Shown here: piece after piece, positions 62,235 to 64,000 of the stretch
Numbering within the stretch: position 1 is the first letter of the stretch
How the letters are laid out: each line of letters starts with the position of its first letter
Source: an uncultured Acidobacteriota bacterium
GTDB taxonomy: Bacteria; Acidobacteriota; Thermoanaerobaculia; Gp7-AA8
Reading direction: 5' to 3'
Length of the DNA: 64,000 nucleotides
Assembly: GCA_963822445.1 (NCBI GenBank)
Contig: CAWGHO010000001.1
Location: 384,001 to 448,000, forward strand
Position numbers and translations under genes: made by a program
The notes under the pieces: generated by a model
The model's input: the letters and a program-made list of their open reading frames with translations, nothing else
Database searches by the model: none
Told to the model about the DNA's origin: nothing

Positions 62235-62870
62235 ATGCCTGCGAGCGACCTCTCCCTCCGCTACCTCGTCACCCCCGACAGCGATGCCGAACTGCCCCTG
62301 GTGCTCATGCTCCATGGCCGCGGCGCGGACATGCACGACCTCGCCGATCTGGCTCCTGTGCTGGCTGACCGCAACACCTGCCGTTTCGTCTTCGCCAACG
62401 CCCCTCGCCCTTTTGAAGCCGCACCGGGGATGACCTTCGGCTGGACCTGGTTCGACGGATGGCCGCCGGAGGAAAAATCGGTCGCGGCGTCGCGCGAGAT
62501 TCTTCTGAAGTTCATCGGCGAGATCACGAATCGCTACAAGACCTCGAAGCTCGTCGTCGCCGGCTTCTCGCAGGGCGCGATGATGTCGCTCGACGCCGGA
62601 CTGCGCACCGAATGCGCGGGCATCATCGCCATGAGCGGCGGTTTGTATGAGCCCGCGCTTCCCGATCTCAGTGCGAAAAAAGGATTACCGGTTCTGATCG
62701 CGCACGGGATTTACGACGACGTCGTCCCGGTCGCGTACGCGCGACGCGCGCGGCACGTGCTGGAGGAAGCGGGACTCGCCGTCGAATATCACGAGTACCC
62801 GATGCAGCACGCCGTCGCACAGGAAGAAGTCGCGGTGGTGCGCGACTTCATTGCCCGCGCGACAAAGTAA
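62235..62870 (+). CDS. Phospholipase/carboxylesterase
   Basis: LHGRG, GFSQG, HGIYDDVVP, MQH. Confidence 0.9.
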   Translation: MPASDLSLRYLVTPDSDAELPLVLMLHGRGADMHDLADLAPVLADRNTCRFVFANAPRPFEAAPGMTFGWTWFDGWPPEEKSVAASREILLKFIGEITNRYKTSKLVVAGFSQGAMMSLDAGLRTECAGIIAMSGGLYEPALPDLSAKKGLPVLIAHGIYDDVVPVAYARRARHVLEEAGLAVEYHEYPMQHAVAQEEVAVVRDFIARATK

Positions 62871-64000
62871 TCGTCGCCTTCGCGCCGCCCGACTTCTGCG
62901 CGGACACCCACTCGTTCATCCGCGTTTCCAGCACGGACATCGGCAGCGGTCCGGCGCCGAGAAGCTGGTCGTGAAACTTGCGCACGTCGAACTTGTCGCC
63001 GAGGTCCTTCTGCGCTTTCGCGCGCAGCTCCTTCATCTTCAGTTCACCGATCTTGTAGGCGAGCGCCTGGCCGGGCCAGGAGATGTAGCGGTCGATCTCC
63101 ACTTCGATGTCGTGCAGCGGCTTGGAGGAATTGCTCACGAAGAAATCGATGGCCTGCTGCCGCGTCCATCCCTTCGTGTGCATGCCCGTGTCGACAACGA
63201 GCCGCACCGCGCGCCACATCTCGTACGTGAGCTGGCCGAAGCGCGAGTACGGGTCCTTGTACATCCCCAGCTCCGGTCCCAGCGACTCGGCGTACAAGCC
63301 CCAGCCTTCGACGAACGCCGTGATGCCGCCGAAGCGGCGGAAGCGCGGCAGGTTCTCCAGCTCCTGGGCGATGGAGATCTGCAGGTGATGCCCCGGCACG
63401 GCCTCGTGCAGGGTCAGCGCCTCCATCTCCCACTTCGGCCGCGATTTGAGGTCGAACAGATTCGCGTAGAAGTAGCCGGGCCGGTTTCCCTCCGGCGATC
63501 CCTGGTTGTAGTACGCGGTGGTGCTGGTCTTCTCCGCATACGCCGGCACGGGAATGACGCCGTACGGAGTGCGCGGAAGCTTGCCGAAGAGCCGCGTCAA
63601 TTCGGGATCGATGCGCTTGGCGATGTCGCGATAGCCGCGCAGGAGGTCTTCCCGCGTCTCGTAATAGAACTGCGGATCGGTGCGCAGGAAGTCGAAGAAC
63701 TCCGCGAGCGTGCCCTTGAAACCGGTGTCGCTCTTGATCCGCTCCATCTCCGCGCGGATCCGTTTGACTTCCGACTGGCCGAGGTCGTGGATCTGATCGG
63801 GCGTCATGTCGGTGGTGGTCATGACCTTGACCCGATGCGCGTACCACTCCTTGCCGTTGGGCAGTGCCGTGAAGGCGATGGTCTCGCGCGTCTTCGGGAA
63901 GTACTCCTCTTCCCAGAATTTCTGCAGTTTGCGCAGCGACGGCATCACCTCTTCGCGCAGCACTTTCACCGCCTCGGCCTGCAACCGCTTCTGATCGGCT
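62848..64000 (-). CDS. DUF885 domain protein (5' part outside window)
   Basis: HEAVPGHHLQ, EGWGLYAE, RAVRLVVDTGMH, PGQALAYKIG. Confidence 0.92.
   Translation of the reverse strand, partial: ADQKRLQAEAVKVLREEVMPSLRKLQKFWEEEYFPKTRETIAFTALPNGKEWYAHRVKVMTTTDMTPDQIHDLGQSEVKRIRAEMERIKSDTGFKGTLAEFFDFLRTDPQFYYETREDLLRGYRDIAKRIDPELTRLFGKLPRTPYGVIPVPAYAEKTSTTAYYNQGSPEGNRPGYFYANLFDLKSRPKWEMEALTLHEAVPGHHLQISIAQELENLPRFRRFGGITAFVEGWGLYAESLGPELGMYKDPYSRFGQLTYEMWRAVRLVVDTGMHTKGWTRQQAIDFFVSNSSKPLHDIEVEIDRYISWPGQALAYKIGELKMKELRAKAQKDLGDKFDVRKFHDQLLGAGPLPMSVLETRMNEWVSAQKSGGAKATITLSRGQ

Overview
High-GC bacterial chromosomal window with about 60 genes and no rRNA, tRNA, CRISPR array or intact transposase. Gene content and the lineage-typical secreted modules suggest Acidobacteriota, probably Thermoanaerobaculia (inference). 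Housekeeping and envelope genes include a tricorn protease, aldehyde dehydrogenase, M2 peptidase, the moxR-DUF58-bat operon, rsmA, Fur/Irr-ahpC-ahpD, treZ, ftsK, an acyl-CoA mutase, alaS, recX and pilT. About nine genes, including alaS, carry frameshifts that mostly look like assembly artefacts. Main highlights: (1) an ABC substrate-binding protein with a clean in-frame TGA in a PVT-U-HLAC motif, a candidate selenoprotein missed by the ORF track; (2) a 12-gene, 12.3 kb biosynthetic cluster with no PKS or NRPS (AurF-like diiron enzyme, desaturase, two Rieske oxygenases, GH3 ligase, GNAT-like proteins, PAP2, NTF2 and an RnfD-like/UnbV fusion resembling enediyne UnbU+UnbV); (3) a metallophosphoesterase fused to a degenerate Nudix domain plus a dTMP-kinase-like gene, inserted before recX as a candidate defence cassette; (4) four hairpins built from inverted 7-8-mer tandem arrays with different units, one translated as the BatD signal peptide; (5) leaderless and bidirectional -10 promoters and a set of sigma54-like promoters.
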